Shown here piece after piece: positions 1 through 10,297 of a DNA stretch of 54,597 bases; the first letter of the stretch is position 1, and the number at the start of each line of letters is the position of its first letter. A program made the position numbers and the translations under genes. The stretch comes from Pseudomonadota bacterium (GTDB taxonomy: Bacteria > Pseudomonadota > Alphaproteobacteria > SP197): NCBI GenBank assembly GCA_027592745.1, contig JAQCLG010000002.1, forward strand, positions 1-54,597. The letters are read 5' to 3'. Below the pieces are notes generated by a model, which searched no databases, had not been told where the DNA came from, and saw only the letters and a program-made list of their open reading frames with translations.

Positions 1-375
1 CATGGGACCCGCCACGCGGATGGTGGTGCGTCCTTCGGTGACGTCGACGATGCCGACGCTGGTCCCCGCAAGGCCTTCCTCCAGGGCGTCCGTGATCGCC
101 CTCTCGGCACCGACCGGGCCGACCAGAAGCCATTCCTGCGGTCCCAGCCAGAGGGCGGTGATGTTGTTGCCCACGGCGACCGTGTTGGGCTCGGCAGGGA
201 GTTCGACGCCCACGGCAGCCTTGACGGCCGCGGACGCAGCCTTGCCCCGAAGGTTGACCTTGGCCAGGTACGGGAGTTCGGCCAGAACGAGGCCCGCACC
301 TGATGTTTCGGCACCGGCACGCGCATCGAGCGCGCGCTGGGCGAGCGGGCTTTGCCGCAGATAGCTCTCAACCAC
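1..375 (-). CDS. soxG: sarcosine oxidase gamma subunit (partial; C-terminal part lies beyond the window edge)
   Basis: Absent from the ORF track because no stop lies inside the window. Manual minus-strand translation from GTG (375..373) gives VVESYLRQSPLAQRALDARAG...LAELPYLAKVNLRG...ALWLGPQEWLLVGP, which is SoxG-like. The start overlaps the soxA stop. The position completes the soxB-D-A-G gene order. Confidence 0.7.
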   Translation of the reverse strand, partial: MVESYLRQSPLAQRALDARAGAETSGAGLVLAELPYLAKVNLRGKAASAAVKAAVGVELPAEPNTVAVGNNITALWLGPQEWLLVGPVGAERAITDALEEGLAGTSVGIVDVTEGRTTIRVAGPM

Positions 376-3373
376 GCAGACGCTCCCCTTCTTCATCGAA
401 GAACACCGGCCTGGTGATCTTGGCCCGCACCACCTTGTGTTCCAGCGGGATGGCCACCGTTTCGCCGATACGTCCGGCACCGCCGCGGAGCAGCGCCATG
501 GCGATCGAGCGGCCGCAGTTGGGGCTGTAGTAGCTGGACGTGACCCAGCCTTCCATCGGCACCGGCTTGTTGCTGTGCGGCGAGGGCGAGACATGGGCGC
601 CCTCGGGGATCACCTCGTTGGGATCCTCGGTCAGGAGGCCGACCAGTTGCTTGCGGTCGTCGCGCAGGGTGTCGGGACGCTCAAGGCCGCGCTTGCCCAG
701 GAAGTCGCCCTTCTTCTTCGACACGATCCAGTCCATGCCCAGATCGTAGGGCGTCGTCGTGCCGTCCGTATCCTGGCCTGCGATGATGAAGCCCTTCTCG
801 GCGCGCAGGACGTGCATGGCCTCCGTGCCGTAGGGCGTGATCGAATACTTCTCGCCCGCGGTCATCAGGGCGCGCCAGAGCGCCAGCGCGTAACTCGCCG
901 GCACCTGCACCTCGAAACCGGTCTCGCCCGAGAAGCTGATGCGGAAGATGCGCCCGGGTATGCCGGCGATCTCGCCGTCCTGCCAGGTCATGAAGGGGAA
1001 GGCCTCGTTGGAAAGGTCGGTCGCTGTCAGTTCGGCAAGCAGGCGGCGGCTGTTGGGGCCTGCGATCGCGATGGCGGCCCAGTGGGTCGTCACCGAGGTG
1101 CAATAGGCCTCGAGGTCGCGCCACTCGCACTGGAGCCATTCCTCCAGCCAGTTCAGCACGTTGGGCGCGCCGCCTGTGGTCGTCGACATGAGGTAGCGGT
1201 TCTCGCCGATACGCGCCGTGACGCCATCGTCGAAGACCATGCCGTCGTCCTTGCACATCAGGCCGTAGCGGCAGGCACCGACCTTCAGCGTGGCGAAGTT
1301 GTTGGTGTAGACGCGGTTGATCAGTTCCAGGGCGTCGGGCCCCTGGATGTCGATCTTGCCCAGGGTCGAGGCATCAAGGATGGCAACCGAGGTGCGCGCA
1401 GCCAGGACCTCGCGGTCGACTGCCTGCTTCACGGTCTCGCCGGGGCGCAGGTAACAGTACGGCCGCTTCCACTGGCCGACATCCTCGAAATGGGCGCCGT
1501 GCTGTTCGTGCCAGTGGTGCATCGGCGTCTTGCGCACCGGATCGAGCAGCTCGGGGCCGCTGTTGATGCCGGCAAGCGCGCCGACCGTCACCGCGGTGTA
1601 GAAAGGACGGAAGGTGGTGTGGCCAACCTCGGGGACGTCGACGCCGCGCAAGCCGGCCATGATGGCCAGGCCGTTAACGTTCGAGGTCTTGCCCTGATCG
1701 GTGCCCATGCCCGTGGTGGTGTAGCGCTTGAAATGCTCGACCGAGCTGTAGTTCTCGCGATGGGCGAGCGCGACGTCCGACGCGGTGACATCGTTCTGGA
1801 AGTCGAGGAAACGCTTGGCGCCCTTGCGCCCGCAGGGCACGTCCCAGAGGGCCTGGAGGGCAAGGACGCCATCGCCGGGGCCGGCATCGCAGGCGGGCAC
1901 GGCGGGTTCCTCGCCCTCGAACCCGGCATCGCGCGCGGCGGCGCTACCGGCACGGCTGCCTTCGGCAAGCGCGGCCATGAGGCTGAAGCTGCCGTTGACG
2001 GCCCCGGCCTCGCGCGACTTCTGCGCCGCCGTGGCCGGAACGAAGGTCGCCAGATCCGCGTTCCAGGCAAGCTTGCCACCCGACTGGGAATAGAGATGGA
2101 CGGTGGGGTTCCAGCCGCCCGACATCATGACCAGATCGCAGTCGATGGAACGGCGCGCCCCGGCAACATCGCTGCCGTCCTGGGTGAGCGTGGCGACCTC
2201 GACCTCGGAGACCTGCTTGGTCCCGCGCACGCCGGTGATCACGCTGCCAGCAACGATCTCGATGCCGCGTTCGCGCGCCAGGCGGACCAGGGCACCTTCG
2301 GGCTGGGCGCGGCAATCGACGATGGCGGCGATGGCGATGCCGCCGTCGGAGGCATCGATCGCAGCACGATAGGCGCTGTCGTTGTTCGTGAAGACGACGG
2401 CGCGGTTGCCCGGACGGGCGCCGTATCGGTTGACATAGGTGCGCACGGCGCCGGCCAGCATCACGCCGGGCCTGTCGTTCTCGGCAAAGACCAGGGGGCG
2501 CTCGATGGCGCCGGTCGCCAGCACGACCTGCCGCGCACGGACCTTCCAGAGACGCTGGCGCGGACCGTGGCGTTTCCCCAGCGGCAGGTGATCGTTCACC
2601 CGCTCGACGGCGACCAGATAGTTGTGGTCGTGGTAGCTCACCACCGTGGTGCGCGAAAGAACGCGAACCTCGGGCATGCCGGCCAGATCGTCGATTACGT
2701 CGCCGGCCCAGTCGGCCCCGTCCCTGCCCTCGATGCGGTCGCGCGAGGCAAGCAGGCTGCCGCCGAACTCCGACTGCTCGTCGGCCAGGATCACACGGGC
2801 GCCGGTGGCACCTGCCGCAAGCGCAGCGGCAAGACCGGCGGGCCCGCCGCCGACCACCAGGACGTCGCACCAGACGCTGCGCTTCTCGTAGGTCTCGGGA
2901 TCGGGTTCGGTCGGTGCCTTGCCCAGGCCTGCGGCAGAGCGGATGAATTTTTCGTAGAACATCCATGCAGCGGCCGGCCACATGAAGGTCTTGTAGTAGA
3001 AGCCCGAGGGAATGGCCTTGGAGACCATGTTGTTGATGGCGCCAACGTCGAAGCCGACACCCGGCCAGGCGTTCTGGCTTTCGCTGACCAGGCCGTCGAA
3101 CAGCGCGATCTGGGTCGCGCGCGTGTTGGGTTCGGTATGGGCGCCGACACCGAGCTGGATCAGGGCGTTGGGTTCCTCCGGCCCCGAACCGACGATGCCG
3201 CGGGGCCGGTGGTACTTGAAGCTTCGCCCGACCAGGCGCACGCCGTTGGCCAGCAGCGCCGAGGCCAGCGTGTCACCGGCAAACCCCTCGAGGTTCTGAC
3301 CGTCGAACGTGAAGCTGACGCGCTTGCCGCGATCGATGCGGCCGCCGTCGCTGTTGCGGAACGCCTGGGTCAT
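368..3373 (-). CDS. soxA: sarcosine oxidase alpha subunit
   Basis: ORF 368..3475. The start is moved to MTQAFRNSDGG (ATG at 3373), which overlaps the soxD stop (ATGA). It has a dinucleotide-binding motif VLVVGGGPAGLAAAL and a C-terminal GcvT-like folate-binding region. The length of about 1000 aa is typical of heterotetrameric SoxA. Confidence 0.9.
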   Translation of the reverse strand: MTQAFRNSDGGRIDRGKRVSFTFDGQNLEGFAGDTLASALLANGVRLVGRSFKYHRPRGIVGSGPEEPNALIQLGVGAHTEPNTRATQIALFDGLVSESQNAWPGVGFDVGAINNMVSKAIPSGFYYKTFMWPAAAWMFYEKFIRSAAGLGKAPTEPDPETYEKRSVWCDVLVVGGGPAGLAAALAAGATGARVILADEQSEFGGSLLASRDRIEGRDGADWAGDVIDDLAGMPEVRVLSRTTVVSYHDHNYLVAVERVNDHLPLGKRHGPRQRLWKVRARQVVLATGAIERPLVFAENDRPGVMLAGAVRTYVNRYGARPGNRAVVFTNNDSAYRAAIDASDGGIAIAAIVDCRAQPEGALVRLARERGIEIVAGSVITGVRGTKQVSEVEVATLTQDGSDVAGARRSIDCDLVMMSGGWNPTVHLYSQSGGKLAWNADLATFVPATAAQKSREAGAVNGSFSLMAALAEGSRAGSAAARDAGFEGEEPAVPACDAGPGDGVLALQALWDVPCGRKGAKRFLDFQNDVTASDVALAHRENYSSVEHFKRYTTTGMGTDQGKTSNVNGLAIMAGLRGVDVPEVGHTTFRPFYTAVTVGALAGINSGPELLDPVRKTPMHHWHEQHGAHFEDVGQWKRPYCYLRPGETVKQAVDREVLAARTSVAILDASTLGKIDIQGPDALELINRVYTNNFATLKVGACRYGLMCKDDGMVFDDGVTARIGENRYLMSTTTGGAPNVLNWLEEWLQCEWRDLEAYCTSVTTHWAAIAIAGPNSRRLLAELTATDLSNEAFPFMTWQDGEIAGIPGRIFRISFSGETGFEVQVPASYALALWRALMTAGEKYSITPYGTEAMHVLRAEKGFIIAGQDTDGTTTPYDLGMDWIVSKKKGDFLGKRGLERPDTLRDDRKQLVGLLTEDPNEVIPEGAHVSPSPHSNKPVPMEGWVTSSYYSPNCGRSIAMALLRGGAGRIGETVAIPLEHKVVRAKITRPVFFDEEGERLRG

Positions 3374-3666
3374 CGGCTGCCCGCCTTGTTCGCATCGATC
3401 GCCGGCGGCGGCTCGTCGATGCCGTAGATGGCAAAGATCTCGTGGGTCACCGTCGAACGCGCGGCATGGAACCACTGGCGGCAGCCGTGGGCATGGAACC
3501 AGCGCTCATAGTGCAGACCCTTGGGGTTCTTGCGCATGAAGAGGTAGTGGCCCCATTCCGCATCGGTTGCGGTCGCGGGGTCGGGACGCACGATATGGCC
3601 CTCGCCGCCACAGGTGAACTCGGTCTGCTCGCGGGGGCCGCAGTGGGGGCATTCGATCAGAAGCAT
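3370..3666 (-). CDS. soxD: sarcosine oxidase delta subunit
   Basis: 98 aa starting MLLIECPHCGPREQTEFTCGGE, with a later HAHGC Cys/His zinc motif. It lies between soxB and soxA. Confidence 0.9.
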   Translation of the reverse strand: MLLIECPHCGPREQTEFTCGGEGHIVRPDPATATDAEWGHYLFMRKNPKGLHYERWFHAHGCRQWFHAARSTVTHEIFAIYGIDEPPPAIDANKAGSR

Positions 3667-3677
3667 CTTTCGTTCCC

Positions 3678-4934
3678 CTAGTGCGCCACGGCCGCGGCGC
3701 CGTGTTCGTCGATCAGGAAGCCGGTCTCGAAGCGTTTGAGATCGAACGCCTCGTTGAGACGGTGCGGCCGGTCCTGAGCAATGGTGTGGGCAAAGACCCA
3801 GCCGGAACCGGGCGTCGCCTTGAAGCCGCCGGTACCCCAGCCGCAGTTCATGTAGAAGCCCTCGACCGGCGTCTTCGAGACGATCGGGCTGGCGTCCGGG
3901 CAGGTGTCCACGATGCCGCCCCAGGTGCGCATGATGCGCAGCCGCTTGACGATGGGGTAGAGATCGCAGAGCGCCTCGAGCTGGTGCTCGATGACGTCGA
4001 GCGAACCGCGCTGGGCGTAGGAATTGAAACCGTCGATGCCCGCACCCAGGACCAGTTCGCCCTTGTCGGACTGGCTGATGTAGACGTGCACGGTATTGGA
4101 CATGATGACCGTGTCGAGCACCGGCTTGATCGGCTCGCTGACCATGGCCTGCAGCGGGTGGCTTTCGACCGGCAGGGTGAGGCCCGCCATGTTGCCCACG
4201 ACCGTGGCGTGGCCCGCCGGCACGGCGCCGATCTTCCTGGCCTTGATCGGGCCGCGCGTGGTCTGGACGCCGGTGACGCGGCCGTTCTCGATGTCGATGC
4301 CGGTGACTTCGCAGTTCTGGATGATGTCGATCCCGAACTCGTCGGCGCGGCGGGCATAACCCCAGGCCACGGCATCGTGGCGGGCATTGCCGGCACGGCG
4401 CTGAATGGAGCCGCCCAGGACGGGATAGCGGATGTTCTTCGAGATATTGATGATCGGGGCAATCTGCTTGATCTGTTCGGCCGAGATCATCTCGTAGTCG
4501 ATGCCGTTGAGCCGGCAGGCATGGCCGCGGCGCGACAGTTCCTTCAGGTCGTGTTCGTTGTGCGCCAGGTTGATGACGCCGCGCTGGCTGAACATGACGT
4601 TGTAGTTGAGATCCTGCGAGAGGCCCTCGAACAGCTTGAGCGAGTGTTCATAGAGGTGGGCGCTCTCGTCCCAGAGGTAGTTGGAGCGCACGATGGTGGT
4701 GTTGCGCCCCGTGTTGCCCCCGCCCAGCCAGCCCTTCTCCAGGACCGCGACATTGGTGATGCCGTGTTCCTTGGCCAGGTAATAGGCCGTCGCCAGGCCG
4801 TGGCCGCCGCCGCCGATGATGATGACATCATAGGAGGGTTTCGGCTCGGGACTGCGCCACGCCTTGGGCCAGCCCCGATGATAGTCGCGGGCCTGCCGGA
4901 GCAGACTGAAGATGGAGTATTTCATCTTGGCCAT
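3678..4934 (-). CDS. soxB: sarcosine oxidase beta subunit
   Basis: ORF 3678..4973. The likely start is MAKMKYSIF (4934), and an alternative ATG lies at 4925. The FAD motif [18 protein letters not shown] is present. The length of about 418 aa fits SoxB. Confidence 0.9.
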   Translation of the reverse strand: MAKMKYSIFSLLRQARDYHRGWPKAWRSPEPKPSYDVIIIGGGGHGLATAYYLAKEHGITNVAVLEKGWLGGGNTGRNTTIVRSNYLWDESAHLYEHSLKLFEGLSQDLNYNVMFSQRGVINLAHNEHDLKELSRRGHACRLNGIDYEMISAEQIKQIAPIINISKNIRYPVLGGSIQRRAGNARHDAVAWGYARRADEFGIDIIQNCEVTGIDIENGRVTGVQTTRGPIKARKIGAVPAGHATVVGNMAGLTLPVESHPLQAMVSEPIKPVLDTVIMSNTVHVYISQSDKGELVLGAGIDGFNSYAQRGSLDVIEHQLEALCDLYPIVKRLRIMRTWGGIVDTCPDASPIVSKTPVEGFYMNCGWGTGGFKATPGSGWVFAHTIAQDRPHRLNEAFDLKRFETGFLIDEHGAAAVAH

Positions 4935-5064
4935 GGTGGTCCCGCATACGCATGCAACTGCGTTTTCGATCACAGAGCGAAAGGCAGCGCAAGCTATCGA
5001 GTGACCCGTTTGCCAAATGGCCCACAGGCGACATCGCCTGCCGGATTGGGTCCCTGCGTTGCGG

Positions 5065-6030
5065 TCAGGACCCGCGCAGTTGGCCGGAACGGATCATCGC
5101 GCCGATCGCGGTCAGCACCATGCGGGAGCAGACGGTCGCCCCCAGGCCGCTGGGCGGATCGTAGTCGCAGCCGAACTCGACGATGTCGAGGCCGGCGATC
5201 CAGCCCCTTGCGGCAATGCCGGCGATCAGGTCGAGCACGTGGTGATAGGCCAGGCCGCCGGGAGCGAGTGCGCTGACGCCGGGGAAGTCGGCAGGATCGA
5301 TGCCGTCGCAATCGATGGTGACCAGGAACGTGCCACCATCGGGCAGGTGATCGAGCGCTACGGCGATGCCGCCTTCGCGGACAGCACGGGCGGTGACCAG
5401 CCTGGAACCCCAGGCCCGGGCATCGGCCACCTCGGCGACCCGGGCGCTGCCGGTGCCGCGCAGGCCGACCTGGACCATGCCGGTGATCCAGGGCATCTCG
5501 GAGGCCCGCCGCATGGGACTGGAATAGCCGTAGCGGGAGCCATGGACCTCGTCGCGCCAGTCGAGGTGCGCGTCGACCTGGACCACGGTGAACGGTCCCT
5601 GCCCTTCGTAGGCGGCAAAGAAGGGGATCGGGACACTGTCGTCGCCGCCCAGGACGATCGGCACGGCGCCGGCCTGCAGGATCGCCTGCACCGCGGCGGT
5701 CGCCATCGCCCGGTTGGCCGCCCCGTCGGCAGGCAGAGGACTGCCCGGCACATCGCCGCAGTCGACGATGCGGGGGTCTGCCGCCGTGCCCGAGAGAACC
5801 GGCGCACCGATGTCGAAGTCGTGATGATAGAGGTGCGAAGGCGCCGAACGGGCGCGGATGGCCGTGGGCGAACCCGCGCTTTCGTTGACCGGGCTTTCGG
5901 TGTCGTAGGTCGTGCCGTAGGGGATGCCGAGGATCGCGATATCGGCTTCCAGCTGCGCGAGGTCGGTGACGACCGGAACGCCGGCAAAACTGCGCCCGCC
6001 GGGCGGCAGCCTGGTTTGTGGACCGGTCAT
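5065..6030 (-). CDS. arginase/agmatinase-family ureohydrolase (guanidino-compound hydrolase, substrate unknown)
   Basis: 321 aa with family motifs DAHLD, DCDGIDP and DIVEF. The first metal motif reads GGDDS instead of the usual GGDHS. Confidence 0.75.
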   Translation of the reverse strand: MTGPQTRLPPGGRSFAGVPVVTDLAQLEADIAILGIPYGTTYDTESPVNESAGSPTAIRARSAPSHLYHHDFDIGAPVLSGTAADPRIVDCGDVPGSPLPADGAANRAMATAAVQAILQAGAVPIVLGGDDSVPIPFFAAYEGQGPFTVVQVDAHLDWRDEVHGSRYGYSSPMRRASEMPWITGMVQVGLRGTGSARVAEVADARAWGSRLVTARAVREGGIAVALDHLPDGGTFLVTIDCDGIDPADFPGVSALAPGGLAYHHVLDLIAGIAARGWIAGLDIVEFGCDYDPPSGLGATVCSRMVLTAIGAMIRSGQLRGS

Positions 6031-6063
6031 GCCCGGCTTCCTTCCGTATGGAACCCTGGCGCC

Positions 6064-8145
6064 CTACTCGGCCGCGTCCTTGCGGTGGAAGATCGGCTCG
6101 ACCTGCTTCAGTTCGGCCAGCGGGATGTGGCACTTGATCATGTGTCCGCCTTCGAACGTCTGGTTGGGCGGTTCCTTCTCGTTGCAGATCTTGCCGATGT
6201 AGCGCGGACAGCGGGTCGAGAAGCGGCAGCCAGAGGGCGGGTTGATGACCGAGGGCATCTCACCCTCCAGGCGGATGCGCTTCTGCTCGATGTCGGGATC
6301 GGGGATCGGCACGGCCGACAGGAGGGCTTCCGTATAGGGATGGTAGGGCGGGTTGAAGATCATGTCGGAGGGGCCCTGCTCCATGATCTGGCCCAGATAC
6401 ATCACGATGATCTCGTCGGAGATGAAGCGCACCACCGACAGGTCGTGGCTGATGAAGAGCAGCGTCGTGTTGAAGCGCTTCTGGACGTCGTTGAGCAGAT
6501 TGATGACGGCGGCCTGGACCGAGACGTCGAGCGCCGACACGGGTTCGTCGACAATGACCATCGAGGGGTTCCCGGCAAAGGCGCGCGCGACCGCGATACG
6601 CTGCTTCTGGCCGCCCGAAAGCTGGCGCGGCTTGCGCGTGGAGAACGCCTTGGGCAGGCGCACGACGTCGAGCATCTCGCCGACCAGTTCGCGCACCTTC
6701 CTCGAATCGTTCTCGATGCCGAACTTGCGGATCACGCGGCCGATGCAGTGGCCGACCGAATGGCTCGGGTTCAGCGTGCCATCGGGGTTCTGAAAGACCA
6801 TCTGCAGGGCGCGGATCAGCTTGGGATCGCGCTTCTGCACCGGGATGGCGGCGATGTCGGCGCCTTCGAACATGATGTGGCCGTCGGTCGCCGTTTCCAG
6901 GCCGGTCAGCACCTTGGCGAAGGTCGACTTGCCGCAGCCGGACTCACCGACGATCGCAACCGTGCGGCCCCGCTCGGCATTGAAGTTGAGGTCCTGGTTG
7001 GCCTTCACGTAGTGGCGCGTGTTGCCCGAAAGGATGGCCGAGAGCGACATGTCGGTGAGTTCGTAGAACTTGCTCATGCCGTCGATCGCCAGGACGGTGT
7101 CGCCGCGGCGCTCCTCGTCGCCGTGGCCCGAAGTGGTGGCCGTGACATGCTCGATCTCGTCCTTGCGGACGCAACGGACGTGATGCGTGTCGCTGCCGGG
7201 TTCGGCCAGCAGGGGAATCTCGCCCTGATCGCAGACGCCACCGACGAAGAACTTGCAGCGCGGTCCGAAGGTGCAGCCCGGCGGGCGTTCGTGGGGCAGC
7301 GAGACCTGGCCCGGGATCGGCACCAGCGTGCGGCTGTGCTTGTCGGCACCCAGGGTGGGGATGCAGTCGAAGAGGCCGAAGGTATAGGGGTGCTTGGTCT
7401 GCTTGAAGACCTCGCGGATGGTGCCCTCCTCTGCCATCTCGCCCGAGTACATGACGCCGACACGGTCGCAGACCTTCACGATCAGGCCAAGGTTGTGGCT
7501 GATAAAGAGCAGCGTAGTGTTGAACTTCTCACGCAGAGCCGCGATCAGGTCGATCACCACGGCCTCGACGGTCACGTCGAGCGCGGTGGTGGGCTCGTCG
7601 AGCAGGAGCAGCGAGGGATTGGACAGCATCGCCATGGCGATGACCACGCGCTGCTGCTGACCGCCCGAGATCTGGTGGGGGTAGCGCCGCATCACCGTTT
7701 CGGGGTCGGGCATGTTGACGTCGCGCAGCATCTGCAGGCAGCGCTCGTTGGCGACCCGGTCGGAAACGCCTTCGTGGAAGATCAGCACTTCCTTGAGCTG
7801 GGTGGCGATGGTCAGGCTCGGGTTGAGCGCGCTCATCGGCTCCTGATAGACCATGGCGATCTTGGAGCCGCGAATCCGGCGCAATTCCTCGGGCGACATG
7901 CTTGCCATGTCGCGGCCCTCGAACTTGATGGAGCCCTTCACGATGCCGCCGTTGGTCCCCAGGTAGCTCATGATCGCCATGGCGACCGTCGACTTGCCGC
8001 AGCCGGATTCACCGACCAGGCCATAACTCTCGCCCCGCTTGAGCTTGAGCGAGAAGTCGGGAACCGCCGGGATCTCGCCGATGCGGGTAAAGTAGGAGAT
8101 GCCGACGTGGTCGATCTCGAGGACGTAGTCTTCTTCCTGGGCCAT
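6064..8145 (-). CDS. ABC transporter ATP-binding protein, fused double ATPase (Dpp/Opp-type)
   Basis: 693 aa with two Walker A motifs (GESGCGKST twice) and two ABC signatures (LSGGQQQR and LSGGQKQR). Confidence 0.85.
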   Translation of the reverse strand: MAQEEDYVLEIDHVGISYFTRIGEIPAVPDFSLKLKRGESYGLVGESGCGKSTVAMAIMSYLGTNGGIVKGSIKFEGRDMASMSPEELRRIRGSKIAMVYQEPMSALNPSLTIATQLKEVLIFHEGVSDRVANERCLQMLRDVNMPDPETVMRRYPHQISGGQQQRVVIAMAMLSNPSLLLLDEPTTALDVTVEAVVIDLIAALREKFNTTLLFISHNLGLIVKVCDRVGVMYSGEMAEEGTIREVFKQTKHPYTFGLFDCIPTLGADKHSRTLVPIPGQVSLPHERPPGCTFGPRCKFFVGGVCDQGEIPLLAEPGSDTHHVRCVRKDEIEHVTATTSGHGDEERRGDTVLAIDGMSKFYELTDMSLSAILSGNTRHYVKANQDLNFNAERGRTVAIVGESGCGKSTFAKVLTGLETATDGHIMFEGADIAAIPVQKRDPKLIRALQMVFQNPDGTLNPSHSVGHCIGRVIRKFGIENDSRKVRELVGEMLDVVRLPKAFSTRKPRQLSGGQKQRIAVARAFAGNPSMVIVDEPVSALDVSVQAAVINLLNDVQKRFNTTLLFISHDLSVVRFISDEIIVMYLGQIMEQGPSDMIFNPPYHPYTEALLSAVPIPDPDIEQKRIRLEGEMPSVINPPSGCRFSTRCPRYIGKICNEKEPPNQTFEGGHMIKCHIPLAELKQVEPIFHRKDAAE

Positions 8146-8149
8146 GTGG

Positions 8150-9109
8150 TCAGTCCCTCATCGAGATTTCGCGCAGGCCGTCGGCCAGCAGGTTGAATCC
8201 GATCACGAGGCTGGAGATCGCGGCGGCCGGGATGATGGCCATGTAGGCCTTGCCTGGCACGGTCACCATGACCGAGGCATCCGAGACCATGCCGCCCCAG
8301 TCCGGATCGGGCGGCGGCAGGCCCAGGCCCAGGAAGCCCAGGATGCCAATGGTGATGACCGTGTAGCCCATGCGCAGGCAGGCATCGACGATCAGCGGGC
8401 CGCGAGCATTGGGCAACAACTCCACGACCATGATGTAGAGACCGCTTTCGCCCCGGATCTGCGCCGCCGAGACATACTCCAGGCTGCGCAGGTCGAGCAC
8501 CAGGCCGCGCACGATGCGCCCTATCCCCGGCGAAGCCGCCAGCGTCACCGCGACGATGATGTTGAGCGCGGAACCGCCGAACACCGAGATGATGATGATG
8601 AAGAGGATGATCAGCGGGAACGAGAGGATGATGTCGCTGACGCGGCTCACCGCAAGATCGATCCAGCCGCCGAAGTAGCCGGCTGCCATGCCCATCGTGA
8701 TGCCCACGAAGTAGGCGCAGACCATGGCCACAGGAGCGATGATCAGGGTGGCCCGGGCACCGTAGGCCAGCCGCGACCAGATATCGCGCCCCAGGATGTC
8801 GGTTCCCATCCAGTGGTCGCCGGTGAACGGCGAGACACCGCCGAAGCCGAGCATGTCCTGGGCGTTGGGATCGTAGATCGTGATGAAATCGGCAAAGACC
8901 GCGACGAAGACCCACATGCCGATGATCGTGACGCCGATCATGGCGGCCGGCGATTCACGCAGCAGGCCGAAGTTGTAGAACAGCTTGCGGAGGCCGACGC
9001 GGTCGGGCTGCTCGGCACTGGTGGCCGTGGCGCCGACCGCTCCCGGGTGCCCCTTCTGCTGGCTGGGCGTCTCCGCGAGGTCGGCGTGTTCCTGCGTCCT
9101 GTCTGTCAC
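8150..9109 (-). CDS. ABC transporter permease (DppC/OppC-like)
   Basis: 319 aa polytopic hydrophobic protein. Its stop lies 4 nt upstream of the ATPase gene. It has the general DppC-like layout. Confidence 0.8.
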   Translation of the reverse strand: MTDRTQEHADLAETPSQQKGHPGAVGATATSAEQPDRVGLRKLFYNFGLLRESPAAMIGVTIIGMWVFVAVFADFITIYDPNAQDMLGFGGVSPFTGDHWMGTDILGRDIWSRLAYGARATLIIAPVAMVCAYFVGITMGMAAGYFGGWIDLAVSRVSDIILSFPLIILFIIIISVFGGSALNIIVAVTLAASPGIGRIVRGLVLDLRSLEYVSAAQIRGESGLYIMVVELLPNARGPLIVDACLRMGYTVITIGILGFLGLGLPPPDPDWGGMVSDASVMVTVPGKAYMAIIPAAAISSLVIGFNLLADGLREISMRD

Positions 9110-9119
9110 GCGGGCCTCC

Positions 9120-10133
9120 TCAGGTGAACCGGATACGGGGATTGATCAGCATGTAGCCGATATCGCCGATGAGCTGGGTCGATACGGCGATGAAGACGGC
9201 GACCAGGGTGGCAGCCTCGACCAGGGCGATATCGCCGAACAGGGCGGCTTCCAGGAGCATCCTGCCGAAGCCGGGGTAGCCGAAGATCTGCTCTGTGACG
9301 ACGACGCCGGTGATCAGGAAGGGAATTTGCAGCAGGATCACGGTGAAGGGCGCAATCAGCGCGTTGCGCAGCGCATGACGCAGGATCACCGTCTTGTAGG
9401 GCAGCCCCTTCAACATGGCCGTGCGGATGTAGGGTTTGGTCATGACCTCGACCATGGAGCCGCGCACCATGCGCGCGACATAGCCGAAGTCGTAGAGCAC
9501 CAGCACCGCCACCGGCAGGACCATCTGGGAGGCCCAGCTCCACTCGTCGAAACTCTGCATGCTCGCCGTGCCCGGCAGCCAGCCCAGCAGCAGCACGAAG
9601 ATCGCCATGAGGAAGACGGCAGATGCAAACTCGGGGACCGATGTCAGCGCGATGCCCGTGTAGGACAGTCCCCGATCGAGCGTACTGCCTTCGCGCATTC
9701 CCGAAAGGACGCCAAAGAGCAGGGAAAGCGGCACGATGATCGCAAAGGCGATGCCGGCCAGGATCAGCGTGTTGCCTAGCTTGCTCCACATGACGTCGTT
9801 GACCGGCAGCTTGAACTTGGCCGAATAGCCGAAGTTGCCGAAGTACTGGTCGCCGCGCGGATCCTTGAAGTTCAGCCCCAGCTCCGGATCCTGCAGGGGG
9901 TCGGGGATCACGCCCATGAGCACACCCAGCCAGCGGAAGTACCGCTCGTGCAGGGGATCGTCCAGGCTGAGCCGTTCGAACAGGATGTCCTTCTGGGCCT
10001 GCGTCGCGTAAGGGCCGAGCGTCTTGCTCGCCACGTTGCCCGGCGAAAACTCCATCAGGCCGAAGAGCAGGCACGAGGCCACGAACATCGTCGCGACCAT
10101 CATGGCCAGCCGTTTCAGGATAAAGACAGTCAT
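9120..10133 (-). CDS. ABC transporter permease (DppB/OppB-like)
   Basis: ORF 9120..10160. The start is placed at MTVFILKRLAMMV, a typical DppB-type N-terminus. The protein is polytopic. Confidence 0.8.
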   Translation of the reverse strand: MTVFILKRLAMMVATMFVASCLLFGLMEFSPGNVASKTLGPYATQAQKDILFERLSLDDPLHERYFRWLGVLMGVIPDPLQDPELGLNFKDPRGDQYFGNFGYSAKFKLPVNDVMWSKLGNTLILAGIAFAIIVPLSLLFGVLSGMREGSTLDRGLSYTGIALTSVPEFASAVFLMAIFVLLLGWLPGTASMQSFDEWSWASQMVLPVAVLVLYDFGYVARMVRGSMVEVMTKPYIRTAMLKGLPYKTVILRHALRNALIAPFTVILLQIPFLITGVVVTEQIFGYPGFGRMLLEAALFGDIALVEAATLVAVFIAVSTQLIGDIGYMLINPRIRFT

Positions 10134-10297
10134 GTCCCCCCGCTGTGCCGCAAAGCCCACGGAACCACGAGGACCGGTTTTCCCGGTCTCTCTGAACGTC
10201 GCCCCTTGGGGTCATTGTGAGGAGCGCGCGAGGCACTGTCCATAGCGCACCCGGGACCATTTGGCCCAAACGCCTGCCGGGCGCACAACTGCGCCAG

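Noticed and set aside
437-3427. Very long antisense ORFs. Examples are 437..3427 (+, 996 aa), 5017..8196 (+, 1059 aa), 19118..21250 (+, 710 aa), 22848..25037 (+, 729 aa) and 29769..32021 (-, 750 aa). Many 100-500 aa ORFs also overlap the called genes.
   Set aside because: Each lies exactly opposite, or out of frame with, a gene that has clear family motifs. Their translations are Arg/Ala/Gly/Asp/His-rich low-complexity strings. Stop-poor shadow frames are expected in DNA this GC-rich.
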